Source: Bacteroidales bacterium
Lineage (GTDB): Bacteria; Bacteroidota; Bacteroidia; Bacteroidales; VadinHA17
Reading direction: 5' to 3'
NCBI GenBank assembly: GCA_003501665.1
Contig: DNOQ01000450.1
Coordinates: 10,340-74,339 of the forward strand
DNA: 64,000 bases
Under the pieces are notes generated by a model. That model had not been told where the DNA came from and did not search any database. It worked only from the letters and a program-made list of their open reading frames with translations. The translations under genes were made by a program, and so were the position numbers. Below are positions 16,931 to 25,911 of the stretch, piece after piece. Within the stretch, counting starts at the first letter, position 1, and each line of letters begins with the position of its first letter.

Positions 16931-19591
16931 ATGAAAAAATTAAAAGGCATAACAAAATATGTTGTTTTAATCCTGGGTATAGCGGTTTTGATCTACTGCG
17001 GGATAACATTATCAGGGGAGAATAATATGTTTAAGAAAGGACTAAGCAGTTATATAAATATATTGAGCGGGACAGGCAATGGTCCGGATAGATACTCTCA
17101 CGGGCACACGCATCCCCTTACAACATTGCCCAATGGGTTTACCATGTGGGCACCCATGACCAAGGTTGCCGATAGCTCTAATTTCTACAGATATTCTGAC
17201 ACTACAATTCAGGGATTTACAGCAACCCATATTCCGCACAGATGGATTGGCACCTATGCAAGCTTTGTCTTCATGCCCGTTGCAGGCGATTTGATTACTG
17301 ACCCGGACGGCAGGGCAGTTGCCTTTAACCATAGTAATGAAATTGCAAAAGCTCATTATTACAGTGTTGAAATGGATAACGGAATCAGGACAGAAATAGC
17401 ACCAGCTATGAGGTCAGCTTTTATAAAGATCAGGTTTCCTGAGGGCAATTCACATATTTTGTTTGATGGGCTCACTTACATAAGTATAGACGAAAGTAAA
17501 AAAACTATCACAGGTTATGTGGACCAGAAGGCCCCGAGATTTTATTTCTATGCCGAAATTGACAAAAGTATAATATCTTCAGGGTACCCGGCAAAAAGAT
17601 GTGCCACTTTAGGTTTTTCAACAGGAAGAAATGAAACAGTGAATATGAAGATTGGCACATCATATTTCAGTATCGAACAGGCCAGGGAAAATCTTAACAG
17701 GGAGATTGGCAGGAAGACATTCAACCAGGTAAAGAAGGAAGCTGAAGAGATATGGAATAATGTCCTGGAGAAGATAAGGATTGAAGGGGCTACTGAAGAT
17801 CAGATGATTACATTCTATTCAAATCTTTACCGTACTAAGATATATCCTAATGCATTCTGGGAAGATATTGAAGGGGAGATACAACATAAGAATCCATATG
17901 GTGGCGTATTTCCAGGTAAGCTATATGTTAATAACGGATTCTGGGATACATATAAGAGCACATGGCCACTTTATGCACTTCTGGAGCCAGCCCTGACAGG
18001 AGAGATGCTTGAGGGATTCCTGAATTTCTTCAGGGAATCAGGTTTTGTACCCCAGTGGTCGCATCCTGTCGATTATGATTATACTCCGGGAACGCATTCA
18101 GATGTATTATTTGCAGATGCATATATTAAAGGTATCCGGAATTTCGACTTTGAAACCGCGTACGAGTCGATTTTGTACAATGCCTGCCAGCCCGCTTCAA
18201 GAAGGAAGATAAATGAGCGTTCCGTATTCCTGGGGTATGTTCCGGATGATTTGCATGGGGCATCAGGTTCATGGACACTTGAAGGTGCGATGTGCGATGC
18301 TGCAATTACCCGGATGGCTAAAGCTTTAGGCAAAACAGATGATTATGAGTACTTTAAGAATAAGTCATTAAGCTATTCGAACATTTTTTCATCTTCAGTC
18401 GGCGGATTCTTCAGAGGAAGGAAATCAGACGGGACATGGAGAACCTCAGACTCAGATTTCAAACCCAATGAATGGGGATACGAATTCATGGAAGGGGCTC
18501 CCTGGCAATATCGTTTTTCGCCTGCATTTGATGCGCAGGGACTGGCAAATCTTTTTGGAGGAAGAGCCGCGCTGACTGAAAAACTAGATGAGATGTTCAC
18601 AGCACCCGGAGATTTCTTAACCGGTAGCTACGGTTTTACCATACATGAGATGCAGGAAACATATGATGCAGGTATGGGTCAGTATTCGCATCCCAATGAG
18701 CATAATCATTATACTCCATACCTTTACAGTTATACAGGTATCCCTTCCAGAACTGCTTCCAGGGTCCGCGACATTCTGACCAGGTTATACAGCTCAGGAG
18801 TAGAAAATGGCGGTGGATATATCGGTGATGAAGATAATGGCGGGATGTCAGGATGGTTCATATGGGGTGCCCTGGGAATAATGCCGGCACCCGGAGCTAC
18901 ATCAGAATATATTATTGGTTCACCACTTTTTTCGAAGGCTGCAATACACCTCGGGAATGGGAAAGTATTTGAAATAATAGCCAGGGGTAACAGTGAAACA
19001 AATATATATGTTCAAAATGCAACTCTGAATGGAGAGAATCATTCAAAGAATTACATCAAACATTCAGATATAATTCAGGGCGGAATCCTGATATTGCAGA
19101 TGGGCTCTAATCCATCATCAGAGTGGGGTACAGGTGCTGATGATCTGCCATCTTCAATAACAACCGGAACTGAAATGCCCTGGCCACTGAAAGATATCAC
19201 AAGCTCATCCAAGGTTTCTGACAGCGGGGGATTAAACAAAGAAAATGCATCAGATGATTATGCTCTTTCGATGTGGTCTGTTTCATCTTCAAATGGCTGG
19301 ATCGAGTATCAGCTTTCAGAACCTGAGAGAGTCAGCATGTATACAATAACATCATCGGACGATTCTGCGAAAAATCCAAAGGACTGGATATTAAAAGGAT
19401 CAGCAGATGGGAAGATATGGATTAGTATTGATACCAGGGCAGGGCAGCTCTTTTTATGGAAATTCCATACACGGAGTTTCTCTGTCAGCGACAGCAATAA
19501 ATATCAATATTACAGATTTGAGATAACTGCAAATAATGGCAGCGATAAAACTGCTCTGGGCGAGTTGGAATTATTAAGATCGGCAAAATAA
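16931..19591 (+). CDS. GH92-family alpha-mannosidase with C-terminal F5/8 type C (discoidin/CBM32-like) domain
   Basis: 886 aa with a signal/lipoprotein-like N-terminus. The GH92-like N-domain is ...GTGNGPDRYSHGHTHPLTTLPNGFTMWAPMT.... The catalytic region is ...HPNEHNHYTPYLYSYTG...GGGYIGDEDNGGMSGWFIWGALGIMPAPG...IGSPLF.... The last ~140 aa (...WIEYQLSEPERVSMYTITSSDDSAKNPKDWILKGSADGKIWISID...YYRFEITANNG...ELELL) are discoidin-like. Confidence 0.85.
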   Translation: MKKLKGITKYVVLILGIAVLIYCGITLSGENNMFKKGLSSYINILSGTGNGPDRYSHGHTHPLTTLPNGFTMWAPMTKVADSSNFYRYSDTTIQGFTATHIPHRWIGTYASFVFMPVAGDLITDPDGRAVAFNHSNEIAKAHYYSVEMDNGIRTEIAPAMRSAFIKIRFPEGNSHILFDGLTYISIDESKKTITGYVDQKAPRFYFYAEIDKSIISSGYPAKRCATLGFSTGRNETVNMKIGTSYFSIEQARENLNREIGRKTFNQVKKEAEEIWNNVLEKIRIEGATEDQMITFYSNLYRTKIYPNAFWEDIEGEIQHKNPYGGVFPGKLYVNNGFWDTYKSTWPLYALLEPALTGEMLEGFLNFFRESGFVPQWSHPVDYDYTPGTHSDVLFADAYIKGIRNFDFETAYESILYNACQPASRRKINERSVFLGYVPDDLHGASGSWTLEGAMCDAAITRMAKALGKTDDYEYFKNKSLSYSNIFSSSVGGFFRGRKSDGTWRTSDSDFKPNEWGYEFMEGAPWQYRFSPAFDAQGLANLFGGRAALTEKLDEMFTAPGDFLTGSYGFTIHEMQETYDAGMGQYSHPNEHNHYTPYLYSYTGIPSRTASRVRDILTRLYSSGVENGGGYIGDEDNGGMSGWFIWGALGIMPAPGATSEYIIGSPLFSKAAIHLGNGKVFEIIARGNSETNIYVQNATLNGENHSKNYIKHSDIIQGGILILQMGSNPSSEWGTGADDLPSSITTGTEMPWPLKDITSSSKVSDSGGLNKENASDDYALSMWSVSSSNGWIEYQLSEPERVSMYTITSSDDSAKNPKDWILKGSADGKIWISIDTRAGQLFLWKFHTRSFSVSDSNKYQYYRFEITANNGSDKTALGELELLRSAK

Positions 19592-19694
19592 GGAATGTGC
19601 CCTTTTATTTACACTTATAATGTATCAGATCCTAGTTGCGGACAACCAGCAAAGCACAATTAAGTTTGACTATTTCATTACAATATCCGGAATT

Positions 19695-20440
19695 TCAGTT
19701 TGCAGCAACATCGTTCAGCGAATGGTAATTAGGATCCAAAGCATAAGAAATGAAAAAAATGGCACAAGAGTCATTTGAAAAGTAAAGATATCTGTCACTT
19801 TGCTTGTCATAAATATTGACATTAACATATTTAGGCACAGAATAATAATCTGCAAGGGCCTCTGCCCTGTACCTGAGTTCATATGAATTATAATTATCCA
19901 TGATATTTACAAACCAGGCATGGATTTTCAACAGTAGAGATAAATTTTCATAATGAGTAAGATTCTTAACCGTGGATTTTATTCATTTTTCCCCTTTTGC
20001 CTGGGAAGTTGGTTGTTTGGTCGGGTTTACATGAAGATAGTGATTATAACAAGATCAACCGTATAGACTATGCAAACCGGGTACTTAAAGTTATGACACC
20101 AATCCAGGTCGTTTTCCCAGCTGATCCATAACCGGTCAGATTTATCACAAGCTAGAGATGGTTTGGTATTCAGGTTTACTCTGTTCTTCCAGCTCCCTCC
20201 GGTAAATACAGGGACTCTCTTTTTAACTTCCAATGTATTTGGGTCAATAATGTTCATACTAATGTTCAGATGAACACCATCCGTAATAACGTGTGCCATG
20301 TATACGAAACCATCTTTCCCCCAAGCTATCGCAGGATCAAGACAGCATTCATCGTAATGAGTGACCTGTACCGGGACTTAGGGCAATTAAAGTCGATGCT
20401 GCACCCAGGTCCCTTATAAATACCCTCCTCTTCATTGGTT
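19695..20440 (-). pseudogene. Probable decayed gene remnant (fragmented beta-propeller-like ORFs)
   Basis: Two short minus-strand ORFs (20027-20299 and 19695-19931) sit in different frames. An open upstream extension reads ...DPAIAWGKDGFVYMAHVITDG... and is closed by an in-frame stop. There is no credible start or signal peptide. The segment ...KPSLACDKSDRLWISWEND... looks like a propeller blade. It lies between intact GH92 and GH38 genes. Confidence 0.3.
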
Positions 20441-20479
20441 AAGTATTGAAAAGACAGAATTTAATAATTTGTAAATCAG

Positions 20480-23041
20480 TTACTTCTCAAGTTGTAATTT
20501 GATAGTTTTAATCTCAAAGGGGCCGATGTCAAATTGGACAGTATCCATTGCAACTTTCAACTTACTCCCGGTGTCCTCAATAAGATTGGCTTCCCAGGCA
20601 GAGTTTATTTTCGCCCTGCTCCTGATTGCAACTTCCTTTGTTGCCCTGCCTGATGCTTCGTAAAGTCTGAGTATCGTCGAACCATCTGGTCCCGGTTTCA
20701 AAGCTGATAAAACTACATTCGGCTTCGACACTTCCAGCAATCCCCACACCTTCGGCAGCTTTCCTTCATGAATGCCTGACTTGCGGCAAAGCAACGGATT
20801 GTTATACTCAAGCCCATGCCTGTAAATCTCAGCCTGTTGCCAGGTTTCCTCATGGGGAACAAGTGAATAATCAAATTCCAATTCCTTACCTACCATAAAA
20901 CCGGCGACTGAACTCATCCATTGTTCAATATCTTTATCGAACCGGTGTGATCCATACGACATAAGGGATGCTGAACGCATCAGGGAAAGGATCATCGTTG
21001 AATCGCTTGTGAGATTGCCAGGCAGCCCCCTGTTTAATACTGAAAGACCTTTATTCCCATCACTGTAATCTGCCCAGTTCTGGGCCGGCAATTCAATACC
21101 GTTCGGCCGTTCAAGCGATCCGAAAGGTATCTCATGCACAGTCTGACCATTCCTGATCGTCGTCGGAAATAATACCTGGTAACGAACGTATTTCTCGTTA
21201 TTCATAATTTCAGTCCGAATATCAATACGTCTCAATCCCGGGTATAGCCTTACCCTGGTGGCAAAAGTACCCTGAAGGGTGTCTGCAAACGTGTTATACA
21301 GGCCGAAATGGTGCGCAACTTTAAATTCAGAATAGACCGGCCCTTTATGTATTACACCTTTCTCCCCGCGATACTCTGAGCTGAACTGATCCCGACTGGC
21401 TTCCGGAACCGGCTGCTTGCGATTCATGGCTATATTACTTCCTCCTTTCAGGTTTTCATAAAGCTCCCATAAGTCACCACCATCAAACTGGCGCACAACC
21501 ACATTCCCTTCTCTTTCCAGTACTTCCCACTGATTTGATCTGAGCACCAGGCTGGTCATTGCCCCTGTCAGAAAATCAAATTTTATTCTATAGTACTCAT
21601 TCTCCAGCTGCCCCTCACTGTTTTCCTGACTTGCATTGAGCGGAGATGCTTTTGTCAGCGGGATAACTCTGTAAACGGCTTCCCCCATCGCGGGTATTTC
21701 CCTGGCAATGAAGATTATCTTCGCATTCTTAATACCTCCGTCACGGAAACGCTCTGCTTCAAGTATTTCAACAGGAATTACCCTATTCGACGTATCAACT
21801 ACCTGGATATCAACAATCCCTCCTTTTTTAAAGCCTACTGTTGTCTCAACAACATCGTCACGCTTCCAGCCAAGTGAATTGAATATCACAAGGGGTATCC
21901 CTTCACCAGTGGTATCAATCTGCGAGGACAAGTAACCAAGACGGTCATCGACTAATTCATTACCCAGATGTGTCGAGAATTTGTAACCCAGCATCGTGTC
22001 ATCATTGACATGATCCATCATGACCCCCGCCATAAGATCGTGGGCCTGGTTGAACAACGAAGGTTCCCATGCGCTCCATACCTTTTCTTCAGTTGTTGGT
22101 CTCCCAAGCCAGTTGCCAATTGCACCCAGCTTTTCCGCTGTCGTGAGCAATCTCTCAACATTTCTAAGTTTCTGCTTCAGTTCAATCCTGCTGCTGTAGG
22201 CTCCCTGGAAAATGGGATTAAGCTCACATTTTATTACCGGGCGGTCAGTCCTCTTGTTTATCACCTCCTCATATTCTGTCGGAACGGCAAGCCTGAGATT
22301 AAATGATCTGCCGTCCTGCAGGTTAAATTCTTTGACCCTGTCAGGGACACTCTCCACCGGATTGACCACATCAGGGCTGCCAACCCCAACCCTTTCTGTG
22401 CCATAAGCCCAGGGAGTAAGTGAATCGAACTTCTGTTTCATGAAGTTTGTAAATTCATCAATCTTATCGGGGGAATGACCAAGGAGTCCATAACCCTTTG
22501 GAAGGTAAAAAGCAGGGATCCGTGTGCCGTCAATACCTTCCCATAACCATTCTGACGGTACTTCAGTATCTGGCACACCCCGCATAAACCAGTAAGATTT
22601 AAACCCTCCCTGTTTGAGGATCTGTGGCATCTGGGCGTTGTGACCAAAAGTATCAAGTGCCCACCCGACAGTCACATCTACTCCCAGCTTCTCCCTGAAA
22701 TAATTTTTACCATATATCATATGACGTACCATTGATTCCCCTCCCGGGATATTGGCATCGAACATGGAGATATTACCTCCGACAACCTGAAGCCGTCCTT
22801 CCCTTATAAATTGCTTAAATGCAGCTGCCTCTTCAGGAAATCTCTCCAGAAAAGGCTTAACATAGCAAACCTGGTCAAGAGTAAAACGATAATCCGGGTA
22901 CTCATTCAACAGATTTAAAGCTGTCAGTATATGTGGTAATCCTATTTCGAGGTATTCCTCCCGGGTTTTAAATACCGCTCCCTCCCAGTGTGTAGAGGGA
23001 ATAAACCAGAAAGTATCTTTTGGAATTGATTTAGAAAACAT
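20480..23041 (-). CDS. GH38 alpha-mannosidase lacking any signal peptide (copy 2)
   Basis: 853 aa. It starts MFSKSIPKDTFWFIPSTHWEGAVF..., which is exactly where the mature domain of the neighbouring copies begins. An in-frame TAA lies immediately upstream (23042-23044). The nucleophile region is ...GWALDTFGHNAQMPQIL.... It is 18 nt downstream of copy 3. Confidence 0.9.
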   Translation of the reverse strand: MFSKSIPKDTFWFIPSTHWEGAVFKTREEYLEIGLPHILTALNLLNEYPDYRFTLDQVCYVKPFLERFPEEAAAFKQFIREGRLQVVGGNISMFDANIPGGESMVRHMIYGKNYFREKLGVDVTVGWALDTFGHNAQMPQILKQGGFKSYWFMRGVPDTEVPSEWLWEGIDGTRIPAFYLPKGYGLLGHSPDKIDEFTNFMKQKFDSLTPWAYGTERVGVGSPDVVNPVESVPDRVKEFNLQDGRSFNLRLAVPTEYEEVINKRTDRPVIKCELNPIFQGAYSSRIELKQKLRNVERLLTTAEKLGAIGNWLGRPTTEEKVWSAWEPSLFNQAHDLMAGVMMDHVNDDTMLGYKFSTHLGNELVDDRLGYLSSQIDTTGEGIPLVIFNSLGWKRDDVVETTVGFKKGGIVDIQVVDTSNRVIPVEILEAERFRDGGIKNAKIIFIAREIPAMGEAVYRVIPLTKASPLNASQENSEGQLENEYYRIKFDFLTGAMTSLVLRSNQWEVLEREGNVVVRQFDGGDLWELYENLKGGSNIAMNRKQPVPEASRDQFSSEYRGEKGVIHKGPVYSEFKVAHHFGLYNTFADTLQGTFATRVRLYPGLRRIDIRTEIMNNEKYVRYQVLFPTTIRNGQTVHEIPFGSLERPNGIELPAQNWADYSDGNKGLSVLNRGLPGNLTSDSTMILSLMRSASLMSYGSHRFDKDIEQWMSSVAGFMVGKELEFDYSLVPHEETWQQAEIYRHGLEYNNPLLCRKSGIHEGKLPKVWGLLEVSKPNVVLSALKPGPDGSTILRLYEASGRATKEVAIRSRAKINSAWEANLIEDTGSKLKVAMDTVQFDIGPFEIKTIKLQLEK

Positions 23042-23059
23042 TTATGTGCGTTTTTATAA

Positions 23060-25744
23060 TTATAATTTCTGAAGTTTCAACTTAAATGTCTTTATTTCAA
23101 ATGGTTTCAGATCAAACTGTAACGTGTCCATTGCTACTTTCATTTTTGCCCCTGGGTCCTCTATCAGATTCGCTTCATTAGCTGTTAAAATTCTGGCCTT
23201 ACTTTTTATTTTAACACCTTGTGTCGCCCTGCCGGATGCCTCATAAACCCTGAATATTGTGGTTTCGTCTTTACCCGGTTTCAATGATGATATAACTACA
23301 TTTGGATTGGAAACTTCCAGCAGTCCCCATGTTTTCGGTAACTTACCTGAATGAATACCTGCCTTGCGACATAGAAGTGGATTATTAAATTCCAATCCAT
23401 GCTTATATATTTCAGCTTTGCGCCAGTCTCCTTCATGAGGAACCAGAGCATAGTCAAACTCCAGGTTAGCACCCAGCATCAATCCCGTATCGGATGACAT
23501 ACCCCGTTCATATCCTCCACCATAGCCATATGAAGCAATGCGGGCCGATCGCATCAACGAAACCATCATTGTGGAATCGCTTGTGAGATTCCCCGGCAGC
23601 CCTATATTGAGTATTGCAAGTCCTTTTGATCCATCACCGTAGTCTGCCCAGTTCTGTGCCGGAAATTCAATACCGTTAGGTCTTTCTATAGATCCAAATG
23701 GAATTTCATGGACTATCTGTCCATTCTTTATTGTTGTCGGGAACATCACCTGGTATCGAACAAACTTCTCATTGTTCTCAATCCGCGTCTTTATATCGAT
23801 CCGATTCAAACCTGCATATGTTCTTACTACAAAGGAAATAGCTCCATCTGCACAGTACCTGTGTGGCCCGAGTTTATATTCTGAGTAAACCGGGCCCCGG
23901 TGAACAGTACCACGTTCCCCTCGATACTCGGTGCTGAACTGGTCAACATTTATTACCGGAACCGGTTGCTTCCTTGTCATGTTTATATTACTGCCACCTT
24001 TCAGGTTTTCATAGAGTTCCCACAGGTCCCCTCCGTCATATTGATGAACCACTACATTCCCGGCATTATCCAGAACCTCCCAGTTGTTCGATTTTAAAGC
24101 AAGGCTGGTAATAGCTCCGGTTGACAGGTCTAATGATATTTTAAAGTGTTCATTTTCCATTATACCATCGCTGCTCTCGCTGCCTGCATTGAGCACTGAT
24201 GCTGATGTTAGTGATATAACCCGGTAAACAGCCAGTCCCATCGCAGGAATTTCCTTAGCAATGAAAATGATCTTTGCACTCTTTATCCCTCCCCCGCGGA
24301 ACCGTGTTGCTTCTAGTATCTCAACAGGAATTATCTTATTCGATTGATCGACTACCTGTATATCTACAATGCCTCCCTTCTTAAATCCAACTATTGTTTC
24401 AACTACATCATCCCTCTTCCATCCAAGTGAATTGAATACTACAAGTGGTATTCCTTCACCAGTTGTGTCGACCTGTGTTGAAAGGTAGTCAAGCCTGTCC
24501 TCGACCAATTCAATACCTGTACGTGTTGAAAAGTCATAAGTAAGGATTGTATCTTCATAAACATGATCTGTCATGACACCTGCCATAAGGTCGTGGGCCT
24601 GATTGAACAGGGATGGTTCCCATGCGCTCCATACCTTTTCTTCAGTGGTAGTCCTTCCAAGAAGGTTCCCGAGAGCTCCGAGCTTTTCCGCTGTTGTAAG
24701 CAACCTCTCAACCTTCCTCAGTTTCTGCTTAAGCTCGATACGGCTGCTGTAAGAACCCTGGAAAATGGGATTTAACTCACCTTTAAGTACTATCCGATCG
24801 GTCCTTTTATTTACAACATTCACAAAATCTGAGGGTCCGGCAAGACGCAGATTAAATGGCTTATTACTTAACTTCTCAAATTCGGCTACCATTACCGGTA
24901 CACTCTCGTTAGCATCTTCAACATCAAGACTGTCTATTCCAACCCTGTCATTACCATAAGACCATGGATTTAGTGAATCAAACCTTTTCTTCACACTGGC
25001 AACAAATTCATCAATTTTATCAGGAGTACGACCAAGAAGTCCATATCCTCTCGGCAGGTAAAATGCAGCAATCTGAGTTCCATCAATACCTTCCCATAAC
25101 CATTCGGAAGGTATTTCGTTGTTTGGTACGCCGCGCTGGAACCAGTATGAATCATATCCTGCCAGTTTCAGCAGCTGTGGCATCTGGGCACAGTGTCCGA
25201 AAGTATCAAGCGCCCAGCCAACATTCACATCCACTCCCAGGTTTTCCCTGTAATAGGTCTTTCCATAGAGCATATGCCTCACCATTGACTCGCCACAGGG
25301 AATATTTGCATCAAACATAGAAATTATTGCACCTACAATGTGCAGCCTTCCCTCCTTTACAAACTGGCGAAAAGCCACTGCTTCTTCCGGATATCTCTCC
25401 AGAAAAGGCTTAACATAACATACCTGGTCGAGAGTAAACCGATAATTCGGATAGTCATTTAAAAGCCTGAGCGCTGTAAGTATATGTGGTAAACCCATCT
25501 CAAGATATTGTTCCCTCGTCTTGAAGACAGCGCCCTCCCAATGTGTGGCGGGAATAAACCAGAAAGTATCCGCAGGAGCCAGTACCGGATCCGGATTTGA
25601 ATCAAAATCTGATTTTGCCCCAGCATTATTCGCTTCTGATGAAAATAATACTGCAAAATTACCTACGCTGAATGTACCTGCCGCACCAATAACGGCTGCA
25701 TTTGATATAAACTTTCTTCTGCTTAAGGAATTTTTCTTAGTCAT
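23060..25744 (-). CDS. GH38 alpha-mannosidase with twin-arginine (Tat) signal (copy 3)
   Basis: 894 aa with the Tat leader MTKKNSLSRRKFISNAAVIGAAG. GH38 motifs are ...FIPATHWEGAVF... and ...GWALDTFGHCAQMPQLL.... It is collinear with copies 1 and 2 throughout. Confidence 0.9.
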   Translation of the reverse strand: MTKKNSLSRRKFISNAAVIGAAGTFSVGNFAVLFSSEANNAGAKSDFDSNPDPVLAPADTFWFIPATHWEGAVFKTREQYLEMGLPHILTALRLLNDYPNYRFTLDQVCYVKPFLERYPEEAVAFRQFVKEGRLHIVGAIISMFDANIPCGESMVRHMLYGKTYYRENLGVDVNVGWALDTFGHCAQMPQLLKLAGYDSYWFQRGVPNNEIPSEWLWEGIDGTQIAAFYLPRGYGLLGRTPDKIDEFVASVKKRFDSLNPWSYGNDRVGIDSLDVEDANESVPVMVAEFEKLSNKPFNLRLAGPSDFVNVVNKRTDRIVLKGELNPIFQGSYSSRIELKQKLRKVERLLTTAEKLGALGNLLGRTTTEEKVWSAWEPSLFNQAHDLMAGVMTDHVYEDTILTYDFSTRTGIELVEDRLDYLSTQVDTTGEGIPLVVFNSLGWKRDDVVETIVGFKKGGIVDIQVVDQSNKIIPVEILEATRFRGGGIKSAKIIFIAKEIPAMGLAVYRVISLTSASVLNAGSESSDGIMENEHFKISLDLSTGAITSLALKSNNWEVLDNAGNVVVHQYDGGDLWELYENLKGGSNINMTRKQPVPVINVDQFSTEYRGERGTVHRGPVYSEYKLGPHRYCADGAISFVVRTYAGLNRIDIKTRIENNEKFVRYQVMFPTTIKNGQIVHEIPFGSIERPNGIEFPAQNWADYGDGSKGLAILNIGLPGNLTSDSTMMVSLMRSARIASYGYGGGYERGMSSDTGLMLGANLEFDYALVPHEGDWRKAEIYKHGLEFNNPLLCRKAGIHSGKLPKTWGLLEVSNPNVVISSLKPGKDETTIFRVYEASGRATQGVKIKSKARILTANEANLIEDPGAKMKVAMDTLQFDLKPFEIKTFKLKLQKL

Positions 25745-25911
25745 AACTTCATTTTTAATTTGTTTATACTTGGATGTGAGTGTGATGCATTATTGTAATC
25801 TTTTTACCTGAACAGGGAGATCCCGGGAATACCATACGATGGTTATCAGGAAATAAATACTTTTCATTTTCTCATTTTAAGATGCTGGCTGATTCTCAAT
25901 CAATCAGGACA

